Source: Eledone cirrhosa (taxonomy: Eukaryota). From it: a DNA stretch of 64,000 bases. The notes beneath the pieces are model-generated. The model was given only the letters and a program-made list of their open reading frames with translations, ran no database searches and had not been told where the DNA came from. The stretch lies in NCBI GenBank assembly GCA_964016885.1, contig OZ024741.1, positions 106,206,001 through 106,270,000 on the forward strand, written 5' to 3'. Below, one piece after another: positions 45,936-59,345 of this stretch (position 1 is the first letter of the stretch; every line of letters starts with the position of its first letter). The position numbers and the translations under genes were made by a program.

Positions 45936-47127
45936 ATTCCTTCTGGGAAATGGTCGTGCTCGGTGTGTAGGAAAGGCGTAGGTAGAAACTCCATTTTATG
46001 TCCTAAATGCAAAGTATGGGTGCATAAAAGATGTAGTGGGATCACAGGTAAGCTAACTAAGAACATAGATTTTACATGTGGCCGGTGCTCTGGTGCAATA
46101 TGTAGCAGCAAGTGCCCACAAAATACTAGCTCTTTCAATTGCGCAGAGGGTTCTATAGAAATAGTGGACAGCTTCCGTTACCTGGGCGATAAAATCAGCA
46201 GTGGGGGAGGGTGCTCTGAAAGTACAGTAGCTAGAGTCAGAACTGGATGGAAAAAGTTCAGAGAGCTTATACCACTATTAGCCGCTAGAGGGTTCTCCCT
46301 AAAAATGAAAGGCAGGTTGTACGATGCCTGCATACGAACAGCAATGTTGCATGGCAGTGAGACCTGGGCATTGTGTGCAGAGGATATACGCAGACTAGAG
46401 AGGAACGAAGCTTGCATGCTCCGCTGGATGTGTAACAGTAATATACGTGAACGGCAAAGCATAAACGAACTAAGGAAAAAATTAGAAATAAGAGGGATCA
46501 GATGTTGTTTACTCAAGAGAAGGCTACGTTGGTATGGACACGTGATGCGCATGAAAGTCGATAGCTGTATAACAAAGTGCAGGGCAATAAAGATAGACGG
46601 TAGCCACGGAATAGGCAGACCTAGAAAAACCTGGGACGAGCTGATAAACTCCGACCTCACACACTTACACCTCTCCAAGACAATGTCACTGGACCGAGAC
46701 CTTTGGCGGTACTCAGTAACAGAGAAGACCCGCCTTACCTAAATACATAGTAAAACCTACTACAGCCAGTAGGCATCTCTAACAAAATACACCCCGACCC
46801 ACCACCACCACCCCCACCCCATCCACACCACCGCCTTCTATGTAAAGTTATGTTGGTGCCGCGCCATCCAGGCTGAAACAAATGAGATCGTGTAGGTGTC
46901 ACGACAAAAAAACACACAGTCCACGCTGTAATGTGGCCGTGTAGGCAACACGGTAAAAACCTCCCAGACCCACACTGTAAATGTGGTTGGTGTTAGGAAG
47001 GGCATCCAACTGTAGAAAACCTGCCAGACAGTCCTATGCGAGCAAGACAATCACTCTTGCCTCAAGTGGGACTACCCCCGTCCAAACCCATGCAAGCGTG
47101 GAACACGGACGTTAAACGTTGATGATG

Positions 47128-47133
<6 letters not shown>
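45936..47133 (+). mobile_element. RTE LINE, 5'-truncated at the PHD finger
   Basis: [13 protein letters not shown]...EKTRLT*, 3' UTR and (GAT)n tail. Confidence 0.92.
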
Positions 47134-47167
<34 letters not shown>

Positions 47168-47184
47168 TATATATATATGAATTA

Positions 47185-48012
47185 GCAGCGAATTAGCAGC
47201 GGAGGTGGGTGTTCAGAAAGTACAATAACTAGGGTAAGAATGGGATGGAAGAAGTTTAGGGAACTACTACCACTGCTAGCTGCAAAAGGCTTCTCCCTCA
47301 AAATGAAAGGCAGACTGTATGATGCGTGTATCCGAACAGCGATGTTGCATTGTAGTGAGACCTGGGCGCTGAAGGTGGAAGACTTACGTAGATTAGAGAG
47401 AAACGAAGCTTGTATGCTCCGATGGATGTGTAATAGTAATATACGCGAACGACAAAGCATAAATGAATTGAGAGAGAGACTGAGCATAAGAGGAATCAAA
47501 TGCTGTGTGCAGGAGAGGCGGTTGCGTTGGTATGGACATGTGATGCGTATGAAGGATGACAGCTGCATAAAAAGGTGCAGAGCACTAGAAGTCGGAGGTG
47601 ATAAAAGCCGACCTTACCCAATTACACCTCTCAAAGGCAATTACACACGACCGTGACTTCTGGCGTCACGCAGTAATACAGGGTACCCGACCTCCCATGG
47701 GTACATGCTGAAGCATATAGACAATATGCCCCCACACACCCCACTGCAAGGTGGTCGTGGAGGTGCCACGGCAAAAAAAGCACCCAGCCCACACTGTAAA
47801 GTGGACGTGTAGGCGCCACGAAAAAGCACCCACCACTCACTGTAAATGAGGTTGGTGTTAGGAAGGGCATCCAGCTGTAGAAATCAAGCCAAATCAGTTC
47901 CTGTATGAGCAAGGCATGGTCCACCGACCAGACACTGCCCACAACAGGACAACCCATCTAACCCATGCTAGCATGGAAGAACGGACGTAAAACGGTGATG
48001 ATGATGATGATG

Positions 48013-48018
<6 letters not shown>
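47185..48018 (+). mobile_element. RTE subfamily 2, 3' fragment
   Basis: [12 protein letters not shown]...WYGHVMR; distinct 3' UTR; (GAT)n tail. Confidence 0.85.
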
Positions 48019-48044
<26 letters not shown>

Positions 48045-48045
<1 letters not shown>

Positions 48046-48295
48046 GAAGGCACATGGCTTGGCCTTGCAATCGAAAGGTTGTGAGTTCAATTCTCAGACC
48101 GGGTGATGTGCTGTTTCCTTGAGCAAGACACTTTATTTCACATTGCTCCAGTTTACTCAGCTGTAGAAATGAGATGATAGGGACTGGGGTCGTGCAGGTG
48201 CCACGGCAAAATCAGTTCCCGTCCCACCCTTGCAAGCAGGGAACAAGCGGACGTAAAAATGAAATCGTGATGATGATGATGATGATGATGATGAT
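48045..48295 (+). mobile_element. tRNA/CORE-like SINE with RTE subfamily 3-like tail
   Basis: Similar to the reverse complement of 10780-11122; ends CCCACCCTTGCAAGCAGGG...(GAT)n like 51366-51415. Confidence 0.75.
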
Positions 48296-49036
48296 ATATA
48301 TGTATAGATAAGTTATTCCGGGTTGAATCGGAGGTAACCACAGTAAGTAAGGTACTCAATACATAGCAGAGTATAAAAGTTTTAATATAGAAGAGCTTCT
48401 ACAAGACTAGAACTGTTTCATTCATGAGAAATCATCAGAGAACTGGCTGTCCAAGTAAGTAGTGATATTTATATCTTTTCTTTTCTGGTGGTAGGAGAGG
48501 GTGGGGTTTGGGATGGGTGGCGGTCATTGGTTGAAGGATTTAAAGAAAAGGGAGTTCATTAAAAGCTAATTCTTTAAAGCTATAGTATTAACAAAGGCCA
48601 GAAGAATACTGTAAACAAAATCTTATTTGGAATACCAATCCTAGTTTATTACTTAGACTAACAATGCCTGTAAGACAGGTGTCTACAGGATGGGTGGGGT
48701 TCAATGGTTTAAAGAAAAGGGAAATTCTTTAGAAGCTAATTCTTTAAGGCTGGAATAAGGGTGACAAAGGCAGAAAGGGTTTCATCAACAGATTCAAGTG
48801 TTGGGGTGATTCCCCTTATAGTGAAGTTTCTCTTTATATTTATTCCAGGTGTCGACAAGCACATTCACAAACTCGCCCACTTAGACACATACACACACGC
48901 ACACACAGGCAGGCACACACACAACAAACATACATAATGGTACATACACACATACACATATACAAATATATACACATGTATATACACATACATACAAATA
49001 TGTGTACATACATACACACACACACACATATATATA

Positions 49037-49160
49037 CTGTTTTTTCAGTACGTCCTCATCAGAGTTGAGGTATGCCATACATCAATTTATGTATTTTATC
49101 TGATGCGGACGTACTGAAAAAACAGCACAGTACCTCCGAAATATATATAATAAAACATAT
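49037..49160 (+). ncRNA. Hammerhead motif preceded by an inverted partial copy of itself
   Basis: TTTTAT-CTGATGC-GGACGTACTG...CAGTACCTCC-GAA-ATATATAT-A-ATAAAA; 27-bp inverted arms at 49037-49063 and 49099-49125. Confidence 0.6.
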
Positions 49161-49938
49161 ATTTTGATTACGTGAATGTCTCCATTTATTAATATTTTGA
49201 ATAATATATAAATATATATATATATATAAATCATCATCATCATCGTTTAACGTCTATCTTCCATGCTATGTATATATGTATATAATATATATATATATAC
49301 ATGTGTGTGTGTGTGTGTGTACACACAAATCATTCTAATTTTGTTAATATGTCCTGATGAAGTTATACTTTGAGACCCCAAGCGAATCTTTTTGTGTAGG
49401 AATTGTTTATTGTTTTATATTTATATATATATAATTTTATGTCTGCTTTTCCATGCTTCAGTGGGTTAGACAGGTCTTTTTCAATATAGCATCCCTCCAC
49501 TTGTCACCTTCCTTTGTCATCTCCTCTGTGAGCTTCACTCATTTGAGATTAGCTTTCACCTCCTCTACTCAGGTCTTCCTTTGTTTTCCTCTACTGCACT
49601 TTCCTTCCACTGGGATTTCTTAGTACTTCTTTACCCAGTGACTTTCAAGTATGCATCACATATCCATACCATTGTAGTCTTCTCTCTTGCATACTTCATC
49701 TGATTCTTCTTATACTCAGTTTTTCTCTCAATTCATTTTTTTTTTTTTTGTCGTATATATATATATATATATATGAGGTATCATTTAAGGCTATCCAAAG
49801 AGATGTTACGAGTAATCTGTACCGTGGAGGATTTTAATGTGTGGCATTGATTGACTCAACAAGATGTTTATTTAGTTATGGCATTCGGAGGGACAATTTT
49901 AGATGGTTCCAAAGTAAGCAGTTCCTGGAGTATTAGTA

Positions 49939-50159
49939 GCGAATGAATGAAGATTAACATGGATAAGCTATACAGTAGGGTTTATTCCAGTGTTTTGATA
50001 ATTTGCCTGGTATAAGCAGTATTTAAAATAGAATTTCTCAATAACATTGTAGATAGTGATTTTAAGACACATTCGATTACGTACTAGACAATGAAACATG
50101 TTAACGCTTGGAATAAACCCTGTTGTATAGCGTATCCGTGTTAATCTTCATTCATTTGT
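49939..50159 (+). ncRNA. Hammerhead (U3-A8 variant) with ~55-bp stem I and ~90-nt stem II domain
   Basis: GTGTT-TTGATAA-TTTGCCTGGTA...TACTAGACAAT-GAAAC(AT)GTT-AACGC; the flanks form a long inverted repeat. Confidence 0.6.
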
Positions 50160-50382
50160 TATATATATTTCGTTTCTGAATTTGTTTAGCAAGATTCTTT
50201 ATCTGAAAACGTGTGTTGAAACCGATATTGTTATACTTTGGGAGGGTCATGTTGCCAATAAGAAACACACGCACCAGTTGCTTTCACTATATATATATAT
50301 GTATATATATAACCCATGCTAGCACGGAAAATGGACATTCATTGATGATGATGATGATGATGATGATATATAAATATATATA

Positions 50383-51415
50383 TCAGAGGAGTTTAAGACT
50401 GGCTGCCCATGGGAACTTCTCTATGTTGACGATCTGGTTCTTAAAGCAGAATCAGTAGAGGAGCTAGAGAATAAATTCTGGCTATGGAAACAGCAGTTGG
50501 AATTAAGAGGACTGAGAGTGAACCTAGCTAAGACAAAAGTGTTGATAAGTAGAAAAGAGGACAAAACTCTGATTCCGTCAGGGAAATGGCCACTGTTCGA
50601 TATGCAGAAAAGGAACTGGCATAAATTCTATAAAATGTACACAATGCAGATATTGGGTGCACAAAAGATGTAGTGGGATAGCAGGCAAACTAACAGGTAG
50701 GGAAAAATATGTATGCAGTAAATGTACAGGGAAATTTGACAGTAGAAGTCACATTGATAGGCACATTTTTCAAATGCAGGTAGGCTCTATAGAAGTGGTT
50801 GATAGCTTCCGGTACCTAGGTGATCAGATTAGCACGGGAGGGTGTGTTCCGAGGCCATAGTATCTAGAATAAGGACGGGTTGGAAGAAGTTTAGGAAGCT
50901 GCTTCCTCTGCTGACGAAGAAGGGTTTCTCGCTGCATACGAAAGGCCGGTTGTATGATGCCTGTGTGAGGTGCGCGATGCTGCATGGTAGTGAGATATGG
51001 GCAGCAACTGCAGAGGATATGCGACGGCTGGAGAGAAATGAAGCAAGCATGCTCTGTTGGATGTGCAATGTCGATGTACGTGAACGACCGAACATGAATG
51101 TGTTGAGAGAGAAACTGTGTTTAAGAGGGATAAGTTGTAGTGTGCGGGAAAGAAGTCTGCGATGGTATGGACATGTGATGCACATAGAGGATGACCACTG
51201 GGTAAAGAAGTGTCAAGAAATGCCAGTACAAGAAGACGCAGTAGAGGACGACCATGAAAAACATGGGCGGAGGTGGTGAGAGCAGACCTCAGATCGCTGA
51301 AGCTCACGGAGGGGATGACGAAGGACCATGACAAGTGGAGAGATGATGTGCTGAATAGGACTGATCCCACCCTTGCAAGCAGGGAAAAGCGGACATAAAA
51401 TGATGATGATGATGA
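50383..51415 (+). mobile_element. RTE subfamily 3, degenerate 3' fragment (RT end, PHD, C-terminus)
   Basis: [30 protein letters not shown] and WYGHVM; (GAT)n tail. Confidence 0.85.
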
Positions 51416-51515
51416 TATATATATATATAATTCACACCAACATATACGTACAAATAAAATACACACTACACAATTACACACATATATTTACAAAGATTAT
51501 CTTTTATTTATTTTA

Positions 51516-51697
51516 TTAAGTTTTACTCTGACAATATTTCCATTGCCTTAATTGTACTGAAGAATCATAGAAGGAACAAGATGCTAAGATATTGGAGTCA
51601 AAATCAACAAAATCTGAGCTTTTTCCTTGGAACCAGTCTATCCCATAGGCAAGTGCATCTTCATGCCAGTAGTGATCAACAATGCTCATTTCTGCAT
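51516..51697 (-). CDS. DPH7: Diphthine methyl ester hydrolase (WD40 protein WDR85), last coding exon
   Basis: tttcag|AT GCA...; DAEMSIVDHYWHEDALAYGIDW...ILASCSFYDSSVQLRQWKYCQSKT*; AATAAA overlaps and follows the stop. Confidence 0.88.
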
Positions 51698-52435
51698 CTG
51701 AAATTCAAGAAGGTTTATTATTAATATAGAGGCTGACAGAAGAACATTGAGATGGAGATAAACCCAAAGAGGAAGATGATATACTCTACCAAATAATAAG
51801 CAACAAAATCAATTAAAAACAACAATAACAGCAACTATTGCAATAACTACAATAATAATAACAATGACGGTGAGAGTTACAATATATACATAGAAAATCT
51901 CGAAGCAAAAAAATAACACCTTAAAAAATCCTGTAGACAGTAAAAGTGGCCTAAGAATTTCAACTCACTCAATACTCTGCTGGTTTGTTTACATACATAC
52001 ATAATTATCATCATCGTTTAATGTCCATCTTCCACACTAGCAAGGGTAGGACGGGTTGACCCTTAGGGAGAAAATCAGGTCAGAGAACCATGTTTAGCTC
52101 ACCCGGGGCAGATTTTGGCTTGGTTTCTACAGCTGGATGCCCTTCCTAATTCCAACCACATTTACAGTGTGTGTGTGTGTGTGTGTATATGCAAAAGTAA
52201 ACAGAAATAAGAAACGACACATCACTGTACAATTAGTTTTATGCTTAATTTAGTAGGAAAAGAGTCTTAATTTTTTGGACGCTAGTCCTTTATCAGAAAA
52301 TAGAATGAGAAATTAAAGAAATAGAAAGATAGAGAAGAGTGAACAATGGCAGAAATAAAAAAAAAATTCTTGAAAACAAGCATATATATATGTGAATAGA
52401 TAGAACATTTGAAAGTATAAAATGACCAATCTTAC

Positions 52436-52611
52436 CAGCACTGTTAAGCCCACAGTCAATAATATGGAATCCATTATACATGGTTGCGGTAGCAATATAT
52501 TGGCCAGAACTAGGGTGCCATTTAACTCTCCAGATTCCACCACCTAGAGGCTTAGATTTCAGTGGCAGCTTCATATTACGAGTATCCCATAATATCAGCT
52601 CTTCATCATAG
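52436..52611 (-). CDS. DPH7: DPH7 internal exon
   Basis: ctag|C TAT GAT...G|gtaag; YDEELILWDTRNMKLPLKSKPLGGGIWRVKWHP...ATMYNGFHI. Confidence 0.92.
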
Positions 52612-53960
52612 CTAGAGAAAGAGAGATGAAGAGATAGAGAGATGAAGAAGGGGGAGAGGAGGGGAAGAGAAAGAGAAAGTGAGAAAGGGAGGGAGAGGAA
52701 GAGAAAGAGAAGGAGTGTTCAGAGATTTGAGGGAGCAATAGTGAGAGCAGAGATAGAGAGAGAGGGGGAGAAAGAGAAAGCATAGAGAGGTCAGAAAATT
52801 AGGCTTAAATCACACTAAAATGTGTAGTAATAATTTCTGACTTATATACAAAGTTTATGATGTTCTGAGTTCAAATCCAATCAGAGGCAAGCCTGGCAGA
52901 ATTTAAACTCATGACATAAAAATTTGTAACTAAAGACTGTAAGACATTTACCTCCCACAAAATTGTTGGCTTAGTGCCTCAATCAGAAACCATTATTAAG
53001 GGCAGTTACGGCCCTTGCCATTCTGAGTTCAAATCCCGCCGAGGTTAACTTTGCCTTTCATCCTTACGGGGTCGATAAAATAAAGTACCAGTAATGTACT
53101 GGGTAATTGCTGGCCTTGTGCCAATAGTAGAAACAATTATTAAGGGCAGTAAATTGGTAGAATCGTTTTGAACATGAAACAAAATGCTTTGCGATATTTG
53201 TTCCATGGAAAAACAGAGAGAATAACTTTGATATAACCATGGGATCTAATGACCCTGCCCTAGTCACAAATCTCGTTGGGTTTGTATGTTATATATAAGT
53301 TTAACACGAGACCAAATCTAAGAAGGTGGGGGGGTGGCAGTTATAGCCTTAAGAATATTAGTTGCCCTGATCTACAGAAAATGGGAGTAGGTTTAGTAAA
53401 AGTTAAGGTCTATCATCTATGTCTGGTTGAAAATTGATTCATTTGATCAGGTCTGACCTGGATTTAAACAACACCAGATCTCCTTTGAAATGACGGTAGC
53501 AGTGATCAGCAGAGATAAAGATATAAATAGCAATAAAAGAAATAGGTGTAGCACATGTTTTGTTTTCCCACACTTTCTCATTTACATCTGAATTGTTATA
53601 TGGCGTGATTTATTTAAAGAGTACCTCAGATTTATTCTGCAGTTTATGTTGAAATACACCAAGGAGTAAATAAATCTTGTGGAAGTGGAGTTAAACAAAG
53701 AAAATCAAAAAGAACATTACTTTATTAAAATAAACAAATTCTACCATTAAAAAAAGATTATATAATTATAATGTGGCAGTGCCCCAGCATGGCCTCAGCC
53801 CCTTAGCTGGAATGCAAATAAATGAATAAATAATGTGTTTCATCTATTCCCTGTGATATTATAGAAAAAGTGTTGCCATGAAGAACTCCTGATATAGATA
53901 ATGATGTCAATGATCCCCAGTACACAGTAAATGTAAGAGATGAGATAATGTTGAACCTAC

Positions 53961-54026
53961 CTTCCTGTAGCCAAAATATGTGGTATCTTAGGGTTGCTCT
54001 GTATACTGCACACACCCATTGAATGA
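53961..54026 (-). CDS. DPH7: DPH7 internal exon
   Basis: ttttcag|T...AG|gtaggt; HSMGVCSIQSNPKIPHILATGS. Confidence 0.9.
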
Positions 54027-54439
54027 CTGAAAAGAAAAATAGATAAATGGCATAAAAAAGTTGAACTAGTGTCAGGATACAATACACCACAGTCCACGCT
54101 GTAAAGTGGTATTGTTAGTGCCACAATAAAATAAAACAACCAGTTTACCCTATATGGTTGTAGTTTTGGTGTTATCATATAAAACAGCCAGTTCACACTA
54201 TAAGGTTGGATAAAAAGAACATGGTTCATTCTATAAGGAGGTTGTACTGGTGCCATGAAAAATACTCTCAGTCCGCACTGTAGTCACAAAAATAGTAACA
54301 TGTTCTGATCCCTGTGCTTGTATTTATGGATCTTTCCTTAACACTGATTCTTTAATGTTCCGATGAGATACATACCTATTTAAATACATACACAGGGTGA
54401 TATATTTTAATATATTGTTGCTTTAGCAAAATTACACAA

Positions 54440-54575
54440 GTCTTTTGTGTCCAACAATCTTCTGTCTCCAACAGTATTTTGTCTCCAACAGTATCTTGAG
54501 TCCAACAGCCTTTTGTATCCAACAGTCTTTTATGATCAACAGTGTTTTCTGTCCAACAACCTTTTGTGACCAACA
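54440..54575. repeat. ~19-20-bp minisatellite (TTTTGTGTCCAACAGTC-like, about 7 units) in a DPH7 intron
   Basis: Repeated TCCAACA units. Confidence 0.8.
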
Positions 54576-55148
54576 GCCATAGCGTAGTAATTTGAGTACT
54601 GCTGTTTTTTAACCATAAGCCTGTCCTGATCTACCCTAGCTGTGATTAAGGATACTAACATTCCAATCATGATAATCCTGCCATTTCAGGGTTATCCAAC
54701 TTTATATATACTATTTAACATGTCATTTTCTGATTTAAGATGCTAAAATATAATTTCAAGAAGATTCTGCTGCTTTTCTAGCAATTGGGGCGGCCACATA
54801 GAGGTTTCCTCGTAAAATAACTACCACAAAAACCTCAGTTGTGAACAGCATCATCGCCATCATCATCATCTTCATCATCACCACCACCACCACTATCATG
54901 ATCACAATTGTTAGTCATCTTTTCCATACTGGCATAGATTGGATGGGACTTTTTGAGGCAATGTTTTACAGCTGAGTGCCCTTCCTAATATCAACCCCTT
55001 TAGTCACTTCTTATAGCATGCATGTATATGGTGTACCTATTCTAAACTGGACACACATGGTTATATATTAAACATATATAAATTAATTATAACTCTGAAA
55101 GAAAAAAAAAGAAAAAAAAGAAACAGATAGTTACATTGTAAAACTTAC

Positions 55149-55221
55149 GTTTTGCTGATAAAAACTGGTTTATTCTGGGGACTTCTGAGATCCCAACCTT
55201 TAAATCGACAATCATCTCCAC
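55149..55221 (-). CDS. DPH7: DPH7 internal exon
   Basis: tttag|GT GGA GAT GAT...AC|gtaag; GGDDCRFKGWDLRSPQNKPVFISKT. Confidence 0.9.
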
Positions 55222-55784
55222 CTAAATATAACAACAATTAGATTATTATATCATTATTTCTTAGGTAAATATCTCTTTTGTATCTAAAAAGTTCCCCTAT
55301 GAGGCACAAGCTTGGGCAAGTTGTTTTTGTGAAAGGTCAGCAGTCACCCATGCATACCAGATCTATGCCACCAATATTGTCCAATACAGCTTGGCACCAG
55401 TTTTGTTGCAACTCATATATACACTATATATAAACATATACATTATATATACACTATACATCTATATATACATTATATATGATGTTGTCCAAGGGGAAGG
55501 AAAAGGCTTGGCATTAATTCTGTCAAAACTCGTATGTATCTATGTAAACATTATATATACATTATATATGATGTTATCGAAGGGAAAGACAAAGGCTGGT
55601 ACAGCTTGGCCCCAATGATGTTGTAATTTATTTCTCTAGCTGAGTGAACTGGAGCAATATGAAATAAAGTGTCTTGCTCAAAGGCAGAACATATCACCTG
55701 GTCTGGAAATCGACCCCACAACTTCACAATTGTGAACCCAACGTTTTAATCACTAAGCCACATACCTTTATTATTTCCTACATC

Positions 55785-56030
55785 AACACCATTCAATGAG
55801 CTCAACACTTCTCTAAAGACATTTGAGAAACTTAGTAAATATAAAGACCTTGAAATAGAAATTATGCAGAATGTGGCATCTCAAAAGAATTACCCGTAGT
55901 TATTGGGCCACAAGGAATGATATCCAAGGGTGCAAACAATTATATAGCTCAAATTCCTGGCTGCCTTAAAATCTAAGTCGCAAAAAATTATTTTCATGGA
56001 CATTTCACATATTTTACACAAGTTTCTCTA
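55785..56030 (+). pseudogene. Restriction-like-endonuclease C-terminus of an R4/Dong-type non-LTR element
   Basis: EKLSKYKDLEIEI, then frameshifted RMWHLK and PVVIG. Confidence 0.6.
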
Positions 56031-59000
56031 GATACAAAACTTATACATACAAATAAACAAATGTGCACTCAAATATATGCATACACTCACAAGTAGTAAA
56101 CTTATGGATTATTTTACCAATCTTAGAACTACATAGTATTCCATCTCTTAACACTGACAAGCTTGCTGTCTCTTGATATTTCTGATTGAGACTTTGGGGC
56201 AGCTCATACAACAAAAGCAAAGGCAAAAATATTTTAAAGAATCTGAAAGGATGAAAGGCAAAGTAGTCCATGACATTTGAGATATTAGGGTGGAGAGTTA
56301 CTAGGACATTGATAATGAAGGTTTTGTCATTGTTGGTAGCTCAAATTAGTGAAGTATAAGGTGATGCTCATGAGAGTACTTGTCTATTCCTTGTTGCAAT
56401 GACATAACTATTTTGAATCACCTGAAAATGTTTTAGATGGCAACACCAACATTCTCTGTTGAAGTCTATAACTAAGAGAGTGTGTGCAAGTTTTATTATT
56501 TTTTCCATTTTCGCTCATTTTTATTGTTATTGTCCAATTATTTTGTCTTTTATTCTTTTATTTCAGACAAGTGTTGGTCCATAACTTTATTTCATCCAGA
56601 CTTCATTAAATATGTGATGTTGCATACAAGAATTTCTTTTCTTCTTATCAATCTTTGGTTAACAAACAATAATATTAAGTATTGAAAAAAAGTCTCCTTG
56701 TCTAGTGGCCCCAATGTTTTTATATTATTAACAGAAAAAAAGTAAGATCTCTTCACTTGGTAAAAAATGAAAATTTGGCTAGGTGTGAAATTTTAAACAG
56801 TAAATGTTTTCACTTTCCTAAATAAATGGAGCCAAAAATAAAAAATAAACATTTATTTTATTCTATCTTTTGAACACAAAAAACATTAAACTATTAAATA
56901 CAGCTATTTCTATAACCTTCTATGATCAAGATTTTATGATTTATTCTCCTTAGGGCAGTGGATTGGAAGAATTATTGTGTTGCAGAAAATGCTTTGCATT
57001 TAGTTACAACTTTCTACGTTCTGGGTTCAAATCACATGGTTAATTTTGTCTATCATCCTTCTAGGGTTAAAAAAAAATGAAGTACCGGGAGGTAGGGGTG
57101 TGGGGTGGGGCAAAATAATCAATTTCCCCCTCCCCTAAAATTTCTGGCCTTGTGCCAAAATAAGAACTCTTTATTTACTCATCTTGGCCAACAAGACAAA
57201 TCTATTACAATTCCAAAAATGTTTGCCAGCCTCTTATTTAATGCTTTTGATACTAATCCACCAAAAACTGCCTCTGGTTCTATGACACAAAAACCATCTA
57301 TTTTGAAAGATTCTTATTTAAATTAAAATTTTCCAACAAATTTGATATGAGAACCTTTTGTTAAGTTATGTTACAAAAACCATCTCATGCAGTGACACAT
57401 TCTCTAGTGTCAACCTGGTGCAATCAGCGACTAACCCAGGCTTTACTGTACATCAGACCGAAGAGGGTAAACTATTGAAATATCGGTCACTCTCCGACAG
57501 GTTTGTAGTTTAACCTGCAACAGTGGAGATTTCCAGTGTCCTTGCTCACTGGACCACCTCCCCATCCACTGTTATCAGTGGAGCAAAGTTGGCTACACAC
57601 AGGAGTGAGCCTTACGTGTTGGAATGCCTATTCCAACACTTCTCCCTCACCATCTTCCTTAGTAACAGTTTCACCATTCTGTCTGCTGGGACCATGAAGC
57701 AACCTGCACTGTCTAGGCCTGCATTACTGGGGTAGTGATGTTAGCTGTTCTTCAGAAGAAAAGTGTCTTCTCTTCTGCTTTATGGCATAAAACATCTTTC
57801 TACTTAAACATAACAACACCTACACCTCTCTCTCTTTATTTATATATACCAGTACACATTCAAACTCTCACTTAATACCATCTTGATAATGGTTTCTGAT
57901 TAAGGCACAAGGCTAACAATTTGGGGGAAGGGGAAAGTTGATTAAATCGATCCCCATTGCATTACTGGTACTTTATTTTATTGACCCCGTAAGGATGAAA
58001 GGCAAAGCTAATCTCTGCGGAATTTGAACTCAGAATGTAAAGGGACATAACTACATGCCGCGAAGCATTTCGTCCGACGCTCCCCTGATTCTGCCAATCT
58101 ACTGCCTTTAATACCATCTTAATAATGAAATTTATAATAATTTTTATAAATTCTTCCAAATTCTTCATTAATTACTTGAAGTGCAATAGTGATGAAAATA
58201 TTTAATTATTGAATTAAATACTTTTTTCCTTTCATAAAGATACAACTCTTGTCTTTGTAGCAATTAGATTGTAATATATGGTAAAATATTTATAACTGTT
58301 GGTTGGATATCACTGATATTACACAAAAATAACTTCTGCTTTATCTCAATTATTCACTCAACATGACTCCAGTAGAGTCGTAACAGTCAGAATTATGTAA
58401 TCAACTGTAATCATGGAAGATTGATAGCCTAATATTAGAAAGATCAGTTAATTATATCAAAGAAAACACTTTAAATTAACCGTTTTAAATTTATAAATGT
58501 TAACGACAAGCAAATGCAAAAGCAAACATATGCATATACACACATATATATATATTGTTCAAGGACATGACAAACAGAGGTTCAAAAAGTCTTATTAGTT
58601 TCATGCATTATATGGTAAAAAAGAAAGAAAGTTCGACATGTAAGGCTTTAGCCCTTCTTCAGGTGTACAAAAATAGAGACAGGATTACAAAGGATAGATA
58701 CAGAAAATAGAGTATTTGTGTATAATGTTTAGTTACTAATGGTTGACCAGTTTGAGCACCCAATGCTAATATGTGGGTTCAGCTATCTATGTTCGGTATT
58801 TTACCATTATCGGTATTCTTAAGAAGCTAAGTGTTAATAATAATAATGAGCAGGAATGAAGTATCAATATAACATCAATATGTTTATTCACAAGTGATAG
58901 CTCATGTTAAACTGATCTGTCTCTTTTCCGATTATATATACATAGTATATGCTGTAAAATGGTTGGTGGAAAAAAGAGTATCCAGCCATAGACACCAAGC

Positions 59001-59099
59001 CAAAATTGAGCATATGAGCAGGAGATGATCACCTAACTGGTCTAACCCATGCAAGCATGGATGGAAAATAGACATTAAATGATGATGATAATGAGGATA

Positions 59100-59345
59100 T
59101 CATCATCATTATCGTTTAACATCCATTTTCCATGCTAGCATGGGTTGGATGGGTTGTCCCATTTGAGGCAAGTTGGGTCAGGTGACTGTGTCGTGCTCAC
59201 ACAGAACTGTTTCTGGCTTGGTTTCTACGGTTGGATGCCCTTCATAACACCAACCACATTTACCGTGTGTACTGGGTGTTTTTTTGTTGTGACACTTTAC
59301 AGTGTGGGCTGGGTGCTTTGTGTCGTAACACCTACACCACTACTT
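59100..59345 (-). mobile_element. RTE/SINE 3' tail fragment
   Basis: (CAT)n plus CCATGCTAGCATGG and GGATGCCCTTC motifs shared with RTE 3' UTRs. Confidence 0.65.

Noticed and set aside
44820-46742. 640-aa ORF and overlapping Ile/Tyr-rich ORFs
   Set aside because: Stop-free (TA)n translation fused by chance to an RTE fragment. The same applies to the N-terminus of 24864-27383 and other YI-rich ORFs.
48385-48445. Complete hammerhead on the minus strand
   Set aside because: The core and stem II are present but stems I and III cannot be closed convincingly; used only as supporting evidence for the U-U pattern.
49350-49400. CTGATGA hammerhead candidate
   Set aside because: No convincing stem II or GAAA.
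54440-54575. CRISPR-like periodic repeat
   Set aside because: No unique spacers; it is an ordinary minisatellite in a eukaryotic intron.
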